In this document: positions 29,072 to 39,156 of the stretch, piece after piece
Layout: each line of letters opens with the position of its first letter
How positions within the stretch are numbered: position 1 is the first letter of the stretch
From: an uncultured bacterium
GTDB taxonomy: Bacteria; Verrucomicrobiota; Kiritimatiellia; CAIKKV01
DNA length: 64,000 nucleotides
Assembly: GCA_938038445.1 (NCBI GenBank)
Contig: CALHRZ010000005.1
Coordinates: 81,792 to 145,791, forward strand
Direction of reading: 5' to 3'
Notes under the pieces: model-generated
What the model was told of the DNA's origin: nothing
Database searches by the model: none
The model's input: the letters and a program-made list of their open reading frames with translations, nothing else
Made by a program: the position numbers and the translations under genes

Positions 29072-30169
29072 TTAGCGCAGTTTGACCAGCAATACCAAAA
29101 GAAGAGGAATCAGGAGCGCCTGCAGAAGGGTAAACCGCATCAGGACCTGAGCGTTCGACCAACCCAAGTGCCGACGGCAATGGTCGTGCAGGGGTAGCCG
29201 AATGCAATGCAGAAGCCGAAGGGGCCCCCTCGCTTTCTCAACGGTCGTTTCAAAACCCAGCCGCCGGAAGAAACGCAGAAGAGCCAGTTTGACAAGTCCC
29301 GCGCCCCCATTGATGATCAGAATAGGGGCTACCACAAGAATCAAAAACGGATTTCCCGTCGCCACAACGGCCACGCCGGTCAGAAGTCCGAGCGGACGAG
29401 AGCCCGCGTCGCCCATCAAAAGCGCACTTGGCTCCGCATTGTACCAGAGATAGGCGGCAAGGGTCCCCAAAAAGGTGAAAACCAGCAAGGCCCACATCGC
29501 ACCCTCGGGCTGATGGCTGAGGAGCAGATACCGCGCCACATCCCGATGGCCTACACCCACATACAAAAGCACCCCCAGATAAAGCAGCGAAAGCAGGGAA
29601 AGAGAACCGGCAAGTCCATCCACGCCGTCCGAACAGTTCGTCGCATTGATGGAAAACCAAAGAACAGCGGTGGAAACGGGAATAAAAATCCAAGGACTCC
29701 AAAAAAACTCCCCTTTCACGAGGGGCAGCCAAACCCGGACCAGTTCCCAACCGCAGAGAATCACGCTGCAAGCCAGACAAATGACCAGATCCAGCAGTCC
29801 TTTTCTCCATTCCCCCCACGGGCGGTCGGAACGGTCGTCAAGATAGCCGGTCAGTGAGGCGAGAAAAAGACAGGCGACGACTCCCCAGAGGCGGAAGGAA
29901 AACGGAAGCACCAGAAACCAGACCGGCAGCGTCACCAGGAGAAGCATCAGACCCACCCCCGTCGGCTTGCCTGCACTCAAATGCCCTCCTTGCACAAGCG
30001 CTTTGCCGCGATCCCGCGGCATCCAGGAATGCCAAAAGTCGCCCCCGAGAACGAGCCAAGTTCCCACCGCAGCCAAGAAGCCCCCTAGCCCAATTAAAAC
30101 CAAATACGATCCGAACAATCGCAACGGCCCGAACCACGACGTCCCCCATTGAGCCAGCAGGCGAAGCAT
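29072..30169 (-). CDS. polyprenyl-phosphate N-acetylhexosamine-1-phosphate transferase family protein (WecA/MraY-like, GT4)
   Basis: 10+ TM helices and the PNPT signature NATNCSDGVDGLAGS. GGAGG RBS before the ATG at 30169. Confidence 0.7.
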   Translation of the reverse strand: MLRLLAQWGTSWFGPLRLFGSYLVLIGLGGFLAAVGTWLVLGGDFWHSWMPRDRGKALVQGGHLSAGKPTGVGLMLLLVTLPVWFLVLPFSFRLWGVVACLFLASLTGYLDDRSDRPWGEWRKGLLDLVICLACSVILCGWELVRVWLPLVKGEFFWSPWIFIPVSTAVLWFSINATNCSDGVDGLAGSLSLLSLLYLGVLLYVGVGHRDVARYLLLSHQPEGAMWALLVFTFLGTLAAYLWYNAEPSALLMGDAGSRPLGLLTGVAVVATGNPFLILVVAPILIINGGAGLVKLALLRFFRRLGFETTVEKARGPLRLLHCIRLPLHDHCRRHLGWSNAQVLMRFTLLQALLIPLLLVLLVKLR

Positions 30170-30362
30170 CTGTTTTTTCCTCCGCTTTTTCTCCCCTCTG
30201 TTTGGAACTCTACCCCGCCCCACCTATCCCGTCAACTGGAAGACCGAACCGTCCGAGACCTTTTCGCCAAACAACGCCGAGGGCTGCCGTTTTTTCGGAT
30301 GTTGACAACAACCCTATGCTTGCTGATATATATTATAACGATCTGAAAAGGAGGGTTTTTTT

Positions 30363-33300
30363 ATGATCTCTCGAACGAGGGTTTTCGGGATATTCCTTCT
30401 AGCCTCTGCTCTTTCTTCGGTTTGGGCTCAAACAACATGGTTCGTGCGGATAGACGGGGACGACGCGGCTTCCGGCCTCAATTGGGAGGAGGCCGTGGCG
30501 TCCTTGTCCAATGCGTTGGCCAGAGCAACCAATGGCGATACCATTCTGGTTTCGAACGGCCTATACGTCGTTAACGCCGAAATAGTTGTCAACAAAACGG
30601 TCTCCTTGATCGGGTTGGGCGGCGCGGAAAACACCATTCTCGCAGGAGGCTTTCCCGCTTCCACAAACCGCATCCTCAACATTTCGGCTGCTGGAGCTAT
30701 TGTGGACGGGTTCACGATTTCGAACGGTTACCTCAATACGTCGGCGGCAGGAGCGGGTCTCTCAATGAGCGCCGGTCTCGTTCGAAATTGCCGTATCGTC
30801 CGAAACCGTTGCAATTATGCTTCAACCAACGTCGGACAAGGCTCAGGAGGGGGCGTCCATATGTCCGGCGGGGTAATCTCCAACTGCGTGATCGAAGGCA
30901 ACGCGACGACCAACCGAGCTGGCGGAGTTTATATGACGGGGGGAACGATCGTGGAGAGTCAGATCGAAAACAACGTCGCTCTCTACACGGGTCGCGGTCA
31001 AGGGGGCGGAATTTACCTCAATGGGGCGGCCGCTCGGGTGGAACGTTGCCGCATTGGCGGCAATCAGGCCACCTTGAACGGAGGGGGCATTTATCTCGCG
31101 GCAGGGGGCGTATTCAGCTCTCTCATCGTGTCCAACACGACCGCTCACGGCGGCGGAATTTTTCAAGCAGCCGGCGTGATTGTTTCTTCCACCATTGCCG
31201 ATAACGTCGCAACCAATAATGGGGGCGGTCTGGTGCTCAATGGCGGGGCCCTTACCAATGGAATCGTTTGGGGCAATACGGCGACAGGAGCTGGCGGAAC
31301 AAATGACCTTGCTTTCAAAGCCGGCACCGTTGTCTATACATGTTCCGGAGACCCCGTTTCCGGAACCGGCAACATTACCAACAATCCCCAGTTCATCGGT
31401 TCAGGCAATTACCGCCTCGCCTATGGTTCGCCCTGCATCGATACCGGAACTTCGGTCCCCGTTTTACTCGACTTGGACGGCCGGCCGCGCCCATTGCCCG
31501 GCTATGCCCTCCCCCCGAGTGCCATGCACGACATGGGCGCTTACGAGGCCTATCTTATCGATGAAGGCCCTCTCCGTTTCGATTTCACCGCCGACAATGT
31601 CCGGGTCGTAGAAAATCGTCCACTCCGGTTCACCACCTTGATCGCAGGCGGAGACACCAATGACCTCTATTTCATCTGGGACTTCGAAACGACAACGGGG
31701 GAAGGGTTTAACCTGGGAGTGGTCTCCAATGCCTTCAGCCTACCGGAAGGTAGCAACCGCGTTTTCTACACTGTCAGCCTGATCGTGAGCAACGCGTCGG
31801 GGTGGGCGACCGTCACCAAGACCAATTACATCGAAGTCGGCGCCGCCGTCCACTATGTTGCCCCCGATGGTCATCATGTCTTTCCGTTCCGCTCGTGGTC
31901 CGATGCGGCCACCAACATTCAATCGGCTATCGACGCCGCGTTGGACACCCAAGACGAATGGGGACCTCTCATCCGCGTGGCCGATGGAAGTTACCCCATC
32001 CGGCGGGAACTCACTGTTGAGAAAAGCGTCCAGCTTCGAAGCGAAAACGGCGCTTCTTCCACCGTGATATACCGTCCCGCCGTTTCGACCAACCGCCTGG
32101 TCGTTCTTTCGAATCAATTCGCGGTTGTCAGCGGCTTTACACTCACAAACGGCTTCGTCTGGGCTCAAAACGCAGCGGGAGGCGGCGTCCGCCTCTACGC
32201 CGGGTCCTTGCTCCACTGTGTCGTTCAGTCAAACCGCGTCTATGCCAACGGTTCGGGACATAAAGTGTTTGGGGGCGGCGTTTATCTCTCAGGAGGGCTG
32301 ATAAGTAACTGCACGATCCGTTTCAACTGGGCCGATCCTCTTCCGGCCTATGCCGGACGCCCCGACGGCGGCGGCGTTTACATGACGGGCGGCCGGATCG
32401 TCAATTCCTTCATCACCGATAATTACGCGGCAGGGGGCGTTACCCATCCGTATGGTGGGACCGGCGACGGCATCGGCGGGGGAATTGCGATGACCAGTGG
32501 CGAACTGCTCAATACGGTCGTAGCTCGAAACTGGACCCACGCAGAAGGGGGCGGTGTCCATATGACCGGTGGACGCATGATCCACTGCACGGTAGCCTTC
32601 AACCGGACACGGTTGACCAACAGTGCCGGTCTCTTTCTGGGTGGAGGCGCCGTTTCAAACTCCATCATTTACTACAACAGTCGCTATTGTGACGACGCCC
32701 ATGTCAACATCCGCCAAACCGGTGGAACGATCGCCTACTCCTGCACATGGCCGCTAGCAGCCGGAACCGGAAACATTTCATCGGAACCGGATTGGACCAA
32801 TCCCGACGCAAATGACTTTGCCCTTCTTCCGGGTTCGCCTTGCATCGATGCAGCCGCCTGGCTCGCCAACCTCGCCACGGATGGGGCGGAGAACCCGCGC
32901 TCCCTGGATGGCAACGGGGATTCGATCGCCCTTCCCGACATGGGCGCCTTCGAGTCCCAGCCAATGGATTCCGGCCCACTTCGCTGCAACTTCCTTACGG
33001 CAACCAACGAATCGGTGGACGCGCTTGGGGTAAATCTCATTCCGATCGTGGCAGGCGCTCAGACCAATATCACCCTGCTCCAGTGGGATTGGAACGGCGA
33101 CGGCACGGTGGACAGCAATGATTTTGCGCTGAATCCCTATCCCGCTACGTATGAGGCGGGAATCTATTCCCCCGCTCTTTTCGTCAGCAATTCGGTCGGC
33201 GAGACGGTTTATCTCCAAAAGCCCAAGTACATCCGAGTTTTCCCTTCAGCGGTCTTTGTGGCGACAAATGGCGCTGCGATCTTCCCTTACAACTCATGGG

Positions 33301-34319
33301 CCAAAGCCACTCCGAATCTGTACAGCGCGATCGTCGCGGTAGCGGATGGTGGAACGATCACACTCCACAACGGAACGTTTGTGATTTCCAACTCGCCGCC
33401 CCTCGTTCTGGCCAAGGGAATCGAAGTCAAAAGTCTGAACGGCCCTGGGTTCACGATCCTCAGGGGGGGAAGGCGCATTGAGGTTGTGCATTCAAACGCC
33501 GCGCTCAGAGGCGTTACGGTAACCTTCAGCCGCGGCATTCAATTGTCACAGGGTGTGGTCTCCGATTGCATCATTACCAACTGCCAAAACACTCGAAATA
33601 TTTCTGTTGCTCCAACCACTGGCGTCTACCCGTCACAGGGGGGAGGCGGCATCCTGATGTCGGGCGGTTTGGTCGAGCGTTGTATCGTCGCCAGCAATAT
33701 CGCTTACAATACCGCCAACGGCAGCGCGGATGGAGGGGGTGTTTACATGACGGGCGGAACAATCAGCAATACACTCATTATTGGAAATATCGCCTATACC
33801 GCTGCCGGTTACGCCGGAAATAGCAAGGGCGGAGGGGTCTTTCTGGGTGGCCCAGGCCGCTTGGTCAACTGCACGGTCGTCCGAAATATGATCCAAAAGG
33901 CCAACGGTACCGCCACCTATGGCGGGGGAATCTACCGCTCCCATGCGGGGAGCACGATCGAAAACGGCATTATCCGGTATAACCTCGGAGTTTCAGACAT
34001 CGAGGATATTTACTCCACAGTCCCCGAAACAGGCATTTCCTACTCCTGCTCTCCGGGTCTGGTTCACAACCCGGAAGGAACGGGCAATATAACCAACGAC
34101 CCTCTTTTTGTGGTCATTGGCGAAGGCTTCGGATTGACCAACCGCTATACCGATTGCCACCTGACCCTCTCTTCCCCCTGCCGGAATTCCGGTTCTCTGG
34201 ATCCGGCGCTCGTCACGACTTTCGACCTCGAGGGCCGCCCCCGGGTGCTGAGCGGCCGAGTAGATATGGGCTGCTACGAATTGCCGCCTCAAAAAGGTAC
34301 CTTCATTTTGATCCGCTGA
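30363..34319 (+). CDS. giant secreted right-handed parallel beta-helix protein (1318 aa) with three tandem modules, each ending in a D-x-G-A-Y/F-E (choice-of-anchor-Q-like) motif
   Basis: Signal peptide; dozens of GGG(V/I)(Y/H)(M/L)(T/S)GG beta-helix rungs; module ends HDMGAYE (~aa 395), PDMGAFE (~aa 865) and VDMGCYE (~aa 1300). AAGGAGG RBS. Confidence 0.8.
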   Translation: MISRTRVFGIFLLASALSSVWAQTTWFVRIDGDDAASGLNWEEAVASLSNALARATNGDTILVSNGLYVVNAEIVVNKTVSLIGLGGAENTILAGGFPASTNRILNISAAGAIVDGFTISNGYLNTSAAGAGLSMSAGLVRNCRIVRNRCNYASTNVGQGSGGGVHMSGGVISNCVIEGNATTNRAGGVYMTGGTIVESQIENNVALYTGRGQGGGIYLNGAAARVERCRIGGNQATLNGGGIYLAAGGVFSSLIVSNTTAHGGGIFQAAGVIVSSTIADNVATNNGGGLVLNGGALTNGIVWGNTATGAGGTNDLAFKAGTVVYTCSGDPVSGTGNITNNPQFIGSGNYRLAYGSPCIDTGTSVPVLLDLDGRPRPLPGYALPPSAMHDMGAYEAYLIDEGPLRFDFTADNVRVVENRPLRFTTLIAGGDTNDLYFIWDFETTTGEGFNLGVVSNAFSLPEGSNRVFYTVSLIVSNASGWATVTKTNYIEVGAAVHYVAPDGHHVFPFRSWSDAATNIQSAIDAALDTQDEWGPLIRVADGSYPIRRELTVEKSVQLRSENGASSTVIYRPAVSTNRLVVLSNQFAVVSGFTLTNGFVWAQNAAGGGVRLYAGSLLHCVVQSNRVYANGSGHKVFGGGVYLSGGLISNCTIRFNWADPLPAYAGRPDGGGVYMTGGRIVNSFITDNYAAGGVTHPYGGTGDGIGGGIAMTSGELLNTVVARNWTHAEGGGVHMTGGRMIHCTVAFNRTRLTNSAGLFLGGGAVSNSIIYYNSRYCDDAHVNIRQTGGTIAYSCTWPLAAGTGNISSEPDWTNPDANDFALLPGSPCIDAAAWLANLATDGAENPRSLDGNGDSIALPDMGAFESQPMDSGPLRCNFLTATNESVDALGVNLIPIVAGAQTNITLLQWDWNGDGTVDSNDFALNPYPATYEAGIYSPALFVSNSVGETVYLQKPKYIRVFPSAVFVATNGAAIFPYNSWAKATPNLYSAIVAVADGGTITLHNGTFVISNSPPLVLAKGIEVKSLNGPGFTILRGGRRIEVVHSNAALRGVTVTFSRGIQLSQGVVSDCIITNCQNTRNISVAPTTGVYPSQGGGGILMSGGLVERCIVASNIAYNTANGSADGGGVYMTGGTISNTLIIGNIAYTAAGYAGNSKGGGVFLGGPGRLVNCTVVRNMIQKANGTATYGGGIYRSHAGSTIENGIIRYNLGVSDIEDIYSTVPETGISYSCSPGLVHNPEGTGNITNDPLFVVIGEGFGLTNRYTDCHLTLSSPCRNSGSLDPALVTTFDLEGRPRVLSGRVDMGCYELPPQKGTFILIR

Positions 34320-34329
34320 TCCAAAAGGG

Positions 34330-35577
34330 TTATTCCGCAAGTGCGGCTTCCTCCCCGTGCCCTTCGGCTTCGCCAGCCGGAAGAGGAAGTGTTGCCTCTT
34401 GCTTTTCCGCTTTCTCCTGTTCCGGAGGGGGGGGTTTGGGTTTCACAAATTGGGCTCGGTCGGCTGAAACCGCTTCCATTTTGTAGGCCGAGACAACGTA
34501 GGTCCAACCTTCATGCCGTGCGTTGAACGCTTTAACCTCGTCCGTCCGCTTCTTCTCCTCTTTCTTCTTCTCCTCTTTCGCCTGTTCGGCCTCTTTTACC
34601 CCCTCCCCCTCTCCTTCCCCAATATCCCCCAAAGGCGAATACGAAGCGTGAACGCGAATATAACGCCCACCCCCTTTCTCTTTCTGCTCTCCCATCGTCA
34701 GAGTATAGACCACCCCGTTGGTCAAGGTCATTACCGCGACCGTGGGTCGATCAAACCCCATCGCCTCGTCCGTTACAGCCGGATCGGCGACATCCTCGAA
34801 ATGAAGCCAGCTCAACGCGTTGGCCAAGCTGTTGACCTTCGAACTGTCCATCTCCTCTTCGGGGGCCAGGTCGGGAACGGACAGCGCTCCACTCGCTTCC
34901 GGACGACGAAGCAAAAGTTTCCGCCCCTCCCCATCCGCCACCTCGATCGAACGGATGTCATAGGAGGCTACATTGGCGACCTCGGTCACCAACCAGTCCC
35001 GCACGGAAACCGGCATCTCCGAAAGCGGATCCATCACCAACACCGCCCGCCCTTCGGCCCAAAGATAACGGCCTTCCGGAATTCCCCCCCATGAATCCTC
35101 ACCTCCCGGACGCGGACGGTACCGCTCCTTACCCACCCGCAGGGTCGCCACTTCCTTCCCCTCCGTATTCCTCATCTCCACTTCAATGGCGCCCTTTTCT
35201 TCCCCTTCCTCCACCGCAGCCAGTCCAAACCGGGCTAGAGAAATGGGATCATCGGGCATCCGCCGGCCCATCTTGAGACGGCGCAAGGCGAGAAGAAAAT
35301 TGCTGATCTTCTCGAAATCCGCGGGATATCCGTACCGATCGGCCGCTTTCCATTTCCCCTCCTCCCGCACAAAACGCCACCGTTCACCCGTCGGTTTTTT
35401 GAACAGGATTTCCGCCACACTGTTGAGTCGATCCACATCCTGCAGAGCCTTTAGGACGGGCGACCCTTCCTCGGACACCGGCGTCCGCCCCGGTGCCGGC
35501 CGATGGGATGTCCAGACCGCAACCCCAATCAATACAAGCGCAACAATTGCCAAAACGACCAGTTTTCCCGATTTCAT
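34330..35577 (-). CDS. DUF4340 domain protein (GldG-associated)
   Basis: N-terminal TM anchor, an acidic/lysine-rich low-complexity tail, and position downstream of a GldG-like gene. Confidence 0.65.
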   Translation of the reverse strand: MKSGKLVVLAIVALVLIGVAVWTSHRPAPGRTPVSEEGSPVLKALQDVDRLNSVAEILFKKPTGERWRFVREEGKWKAADRYGYPADFEKISNFLLALRRLKMGRRMPDDPISLARFGLAAVEEGEEKGAIEVEMRNTEGKEVATLRVGKERYRPRPGGEDSWGGIPEGRYLWAEGRAVLVMDPLSEMPVSVRDWLVTEVANVASYDIRSIEVADGEGRKLLLRRPEASGALSVPDLAPEEEMDSSKVNSLANALSWLHFEDVADPAVTDEAMGFDRPTVAVMTLTNGVVYTLTMGEQKEKGGGRYIRVHASYSPLGDIGEGEGEGVKEAEQAKEEKKKEEKKRTDEVKAFNARHEGWTYVVSAYKMEAVSADRAQFVKPKPPPPEQEKAEKQEATLPLPAGEAEGHGEEAALAE

Positions 35578-35596
35578 GGCGAACTCCCCTTGTTTC

Positions 35597-37489
35597 TCAT
35601 CCCCGCTGCAGCCGCCGACGGCGGATACCAAAAAGCGTCCCCGCCGCCGCCACAATCACGGGCATGAGCAGAATGTTGACCATCTTCACCTTGAACCCGA
35701 GATTCTCGATGTCTGCCCGGAGTTTTTTCCTCACCTCTTTCAGCTCCCCCTTCGTTTTCCGCACCTGCTCCTCAAATTTTTCGATTTCTTCCTTTTGCTT
35801 GGGACTCAAAATAAACATCTGGGATTTGTCTTTCTCCCGCTGCAATTCCCGCAGCCGACGTTCCGCGTTCTCCAGCATGTCCGAAAGCCGACGCTCCTCG
35901 GCTAAAAAACGCTCTTGCGCGCGCCGCTGCAGTTCCAGAACCCTCTCGAACGGCCGGTCCGCTCGGGCCCGCACCCGGACTTCGGCCAGCGCAGGTCCAC
36001 CCGTAATTTGCTCCACAGCATTCAAGAAGAATGACAAATTATCGTTGATCGGCTGGTACGCCCTGAAATTGAGAAATCGGGTCTCTTGTACACAGTAATC
36101 ATCAAACAAAAGATCGGTATCGGCCACAAGCACCACAACACCCGGCCGAAGGCTTTCCTTCAGTGCCTCCGCTTCGCTTGCCTCCGCCCGGTTCGACTCG
36201 CTCCCAGAAACCGGCATTCCATCAGGAAATGCCGTGGCAAAAGTCCCTTGCAGACGCAAAGCGAGAGGAAAGGACTTCATCTCGCTGACAAAACGACGCC
36301 GCAACCCCTCCGCCCCAAATTGGGCCGACATCGCATCCGTACGCATCACGTTTTCCGATGAAGTGAAAAGCGGGGTGGCAGTGATACCCGGTTTCGGGTT
36401 AACCTCGAACGCGCCCGCCTGAGGCAGCAGTAAATGGTTCAGACGGGCCGTCAAGGGATCCTTTCGGTTGAAGTTCTCTTCCCGCCGAAGGGTTAACCAC
36501 ACCGGACTGTCCATGATCTGTCCGCCCGCCCCTTGCAACCGGGTGGAAGACTCTAAATCCGCCACCACTTTCCCGGCGTCAAACGAAACCCCCCATGTTT
36601 CAAGCAGGGATTCCAAATTGGAGGAACGGGGACCGAACATCATCGGCCCTCCCGCCATGCTGCGGCTTTCCGCCAGGGAAAGAGGATCGAGAAAAACCAG
36701 CAACCGTCCCCCCTGAAGCAGATACTGATCCAGAGCGAACAACGTAGCGTCCGGTAAATCCTTGGGATGAAATACCACAACAGCATCCAGATTGGTATCC
36801 AACGCTCGAACGTCTTTCTCGAGATTTCGAACTTCATAATCCTGCTGGAGTTCCGAAAAGGCAAACCACGGTTTCGAAGGCTCCGGCATCCCCGCCATCG
36901 GGAAAGACGGACGGGATTCCCCCAGCACCGGCAGGCTGCTTAAAATTCCCAGAGAGGGTTTTCGTGCCTGACTGACCCGGGCGATCAACCGAGTGATTTG
37001 ATATTCGAGTACGGTTTCCTGCTCAGGATCCAGAAGGGGAATCACCGCTTCTCTATCGGCCCGCACCGCCACAAGCCCCAAATACAGTGTGGGCCCCATA
37101 AAATCAAGGGCTTGCCCCGAAAGTCCATAGCGCTGTGCCCACTCTTCAGCGTCGGAATCCGGTTTTGGATCATGAACCTCCACCGTAACCTTTCCGCCAG
37201 AACGAAGCGCGTATTCCGCCAGGAGATCCTGCACACGTCGGGCATAATTCTTAAACCCAATCGGAATGCGGGGATCCGATTCGTTGAAAAAGAAGAGCAA
37301 CGTAACCGGCTGATCGAGCGAATGCAGGATTTTGATCGTCCCGGGCGAAAGGGTATGCACCTTCTCTTCCGTCAAATCCAACCGCCACCGGAACCGACCC
37401 AGGATCACATTCGCTGCAATTACAATGACCAGCGCCAATAGAAACGCCACAGTCCGCCCACTCCACGTCATGATATTCCGGTCCAGTTT
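35597..37489 (-). CDS. GldG-like ABC-transporter-associated protein (ABC-type uncharacterized transport system, periplasmic component)
   Basis: N- and C-terminal TM anchors, a large periplasmic domain, and conserved gene order with the ABC-2 permease and ATPase. GGAGG RBS. Confidence 0.7.
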   Translation of the reverse strand, partial: KLDRNIMTWSGRTVAFLLALVIVIAANVILGRFRWRLDLTEEKVHTLSPGTIKILHSLDQPVTLLFFFNESDPRIPIGFKNYARRVQDLLAEYALRSGGKVTVEVHDPKPDSDAEEWAQRYGLSGQALDFMGPTLYLGLVAVRADREAVIPLLDPEQETVLEYQITRLIARVSQARKPSLGILSSLPVLGESRPSFPMAGMPEPSKPWFAFSELQQDYEVRNLEKDVRALDTNLDAVVVFHPKDLPDATLFALDQYLLQGGRLLVFLDPLSLAESRSMAGGPMMFGPRSSNLESLLETWGVSFDAGKVVADLESSTRLQGAGGQIMDSPVWLTLRREENFNRKDPLTARLNHLLLPQAGAFEVNPKPGITATPLFTSSENVMRTDAMSAQFGAEGLRRRFVSEMKSFPLALRLQGTFATAFPDGMPVSGSESNRAEASEAEALKESLRPGVVVLVADTDLLFDDYCVQETRFLNFRAYQPINDNLSFFLNAVEQITGGPALAEVRVRARADRPFERVLELQRRAQERFLAEERRLSDMLENAERRLRELQREKDKSQMFILSPKQKEEIEKFEEQVRKTKGELKEVRKKLRADIENLGFKVKMVNILLMPVIVAAAGTLFGIRRRRLQRG

Positions 37490-37511
37490 CATCGCGCTTG
37501 CCTCCTTTCCC

Positions 37512-38255
37512 TCAGGAGCCTTTCCGATTTTCAACCGTCCAATGCGTGGCCAAAAGCATCACGATCATGACGGAAACGAAATAGGCCATATCGCGAATAT
37601 CCAAAACCCCTCGCGTGGCGGACTCGAAATAGGGCATCACCCCAAAAGCCGCCACCGTCCGAACCAGCCAATCCGGCGCCCAACGGGTGAACATGGACAC
37701 AACCGGAGGCCAGCCGGCAAGCAGCAGAAAGAGACAGATCAGAAGCGCCACGACAAAACTGATGACCTGGTTCCGGGTAAGGGCCGAGGCAAAAAGGCCC
37801 ACCGAAAGATAGGCCCCCGCCAGAAGAGCGCTGCCGATATACCCCGCAACGATAACTCCAACATCCGGGTTCCCAAGATAAAGCACGGTCAACACAATCG
37901 GCCCCGTTAAGACAAGCGCCAAAATCAGAAACAGCCAAGCCGCAAGAAATTTGGCGACGATCGTCTGCGGAAGCGTCACCGGAAGGGTCAAAAGCAGTTC
38001 GATCGTGCCGCTTTTCCGTTCCTCAGCCCATAGCCGCATCGAAGCGGCCGGTACCAGCAGCAAATAAACCCAGGGATGCCAGAAGAAAAAAAACCGCAAG
38101 TCCGCCTGCCCCATCTCAAAAAAGCCCCCCACCATGAACGTCAAAAAACCGACAAGAAGCAAGAAGCCGACCAGAAACACATAGGCAATCGGCGATTGAA
38201 AATAGGATTTAAGTTCCCGCCGAAGGATGATCCCTGCCGCTGTCCAGAGTCCCAT
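37512..38255 (-). CDS. ABC-2 type transporter permease (GldF-like)
   Basis: Six TM segments, ABC-2 family-like. Confidence 0.7.
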   Translation of the reverse strand: MGLWTAAGIILRRELKSYFQSPIAYVFLVGFLLLVGFLTFMVGGFFEMGQADLRFFFFWHPWVYLLLVPAASMRLWAEERKSGTIELLLTLPVTLPQTIVAKFLAAWLFLILALVLTGPIVLTVLYLGNPDVGVIVAGYIGSALLAGAYLSVGLFASALTRNQVISFVVALLICLFLLLAGWPPVVSMFTRWAPDWLVRTVAAFGVMPYFESATRGVLDIRDMAYFVSVMIVMLLATHWTVENRKGS

Positions 38256-38271
38256 ATCCCGAATCCTCCCT

Positions 38272-38997
38272 CTATTGCGCTTCGTCTCCGACCGTTAGAA
38301 TCCGAAACACCTCGTCAAGCCGCCCGCTGGGATGGCGCGCCTTCAGCGCCTCCGGAGTCCCGTCCGCGACGATCCGCCCTTCATGAATGATAATGGCCCG
38401 CGTACAGACCGCTTCCACTTCCTCCAGAATGTGAGTGGAAAGCACGATCGCCTTTTCCGCCGCCATATCCCGGATCATCTGCCGAACCGTCCGCTTCTGA
38501 TTGGGATCTAGGCCGTCAGTCGGTTCATCCATGATCAGAATAGGCGGATCGTGGAGCACAGCTTGCGCGAAACAGACCCGTTGCTTATACCCCTTCGATA
38601 GCGTCTCGATCGGTTGGTGCCGAACCTTGTCCAGAAAACAACGTTTCATCGTTTCGCCCGCCCGCTCGCGCGCCCGCCGCCCGCGAAACCCCCGCATTTC
38701 AGCAATGAACAATAAAAATTCCTCAACGGTCATGTCCTCGTAAGCCGGCGCATTCTCCGGAAGATAGCCCAGCCGCCGCTTGGCTTCCACCGGCGCTTCT
38801 CGAATGTCATACCCTCCCAACAGCGCCGTCCCGTCCGAGGGAGGAAGAAAACCCGTGATCATACGCATGGTCGTGGATTTCCCGGCACCGTTCGGACCGA
38901 GAAAACCCAGGACTTCTCCTTTCGCGCATTGGAAGGAGACACTGCGGACCGCGTGAATAGGACCAAACCACTTCTCCAGATTTCGGACTTCCAACAT
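38272..38997 (-). CDS. ABC transporter ATP-binding protein (GldA-like)
   Basis: Walker A GPNGAGKST, signature LSKGYKQR and Walker B ILIMDEP. GGGAGG RBS before the ATG at 38997. Confidence 0.85.
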   Translation of the reverse strand: MLEVRNLEKWFGPIHAVRSVSFQCAKGEVLGFLGPNGAGKSTTMRMITGFLPPSDGTALLGGYDIREAPVEAKRRLGYLPENAPAYEDMTVEEFLLFIAEMRGFRGRRARERAGETMKRCFLDKVRHQPIETLSKGYKQRVCFAQAVLHDPPILIMDEPTDGLDPNQKRTVRQMIRDMAAEKAIVLSTHILEEVEAVCTRAIIIHEGRIVADGTPEALKARHPSGRLDEVFRILTVGDEAQ

Positions 38998-39156
38998 ACG
39001 AGGACCTCCCAAACGTGTTGGGACTGATTCCGGAAAATATAAAAGTGAATTAAGCTTTAACTCTATCGCACAAAAAAAGGTTTGTCAATAGCAATCGTCT
39101 TGCCTGCGCGAACCAAAATGGAGTACGGTTTCCAATAAGCGAACCGAAACAAACAA

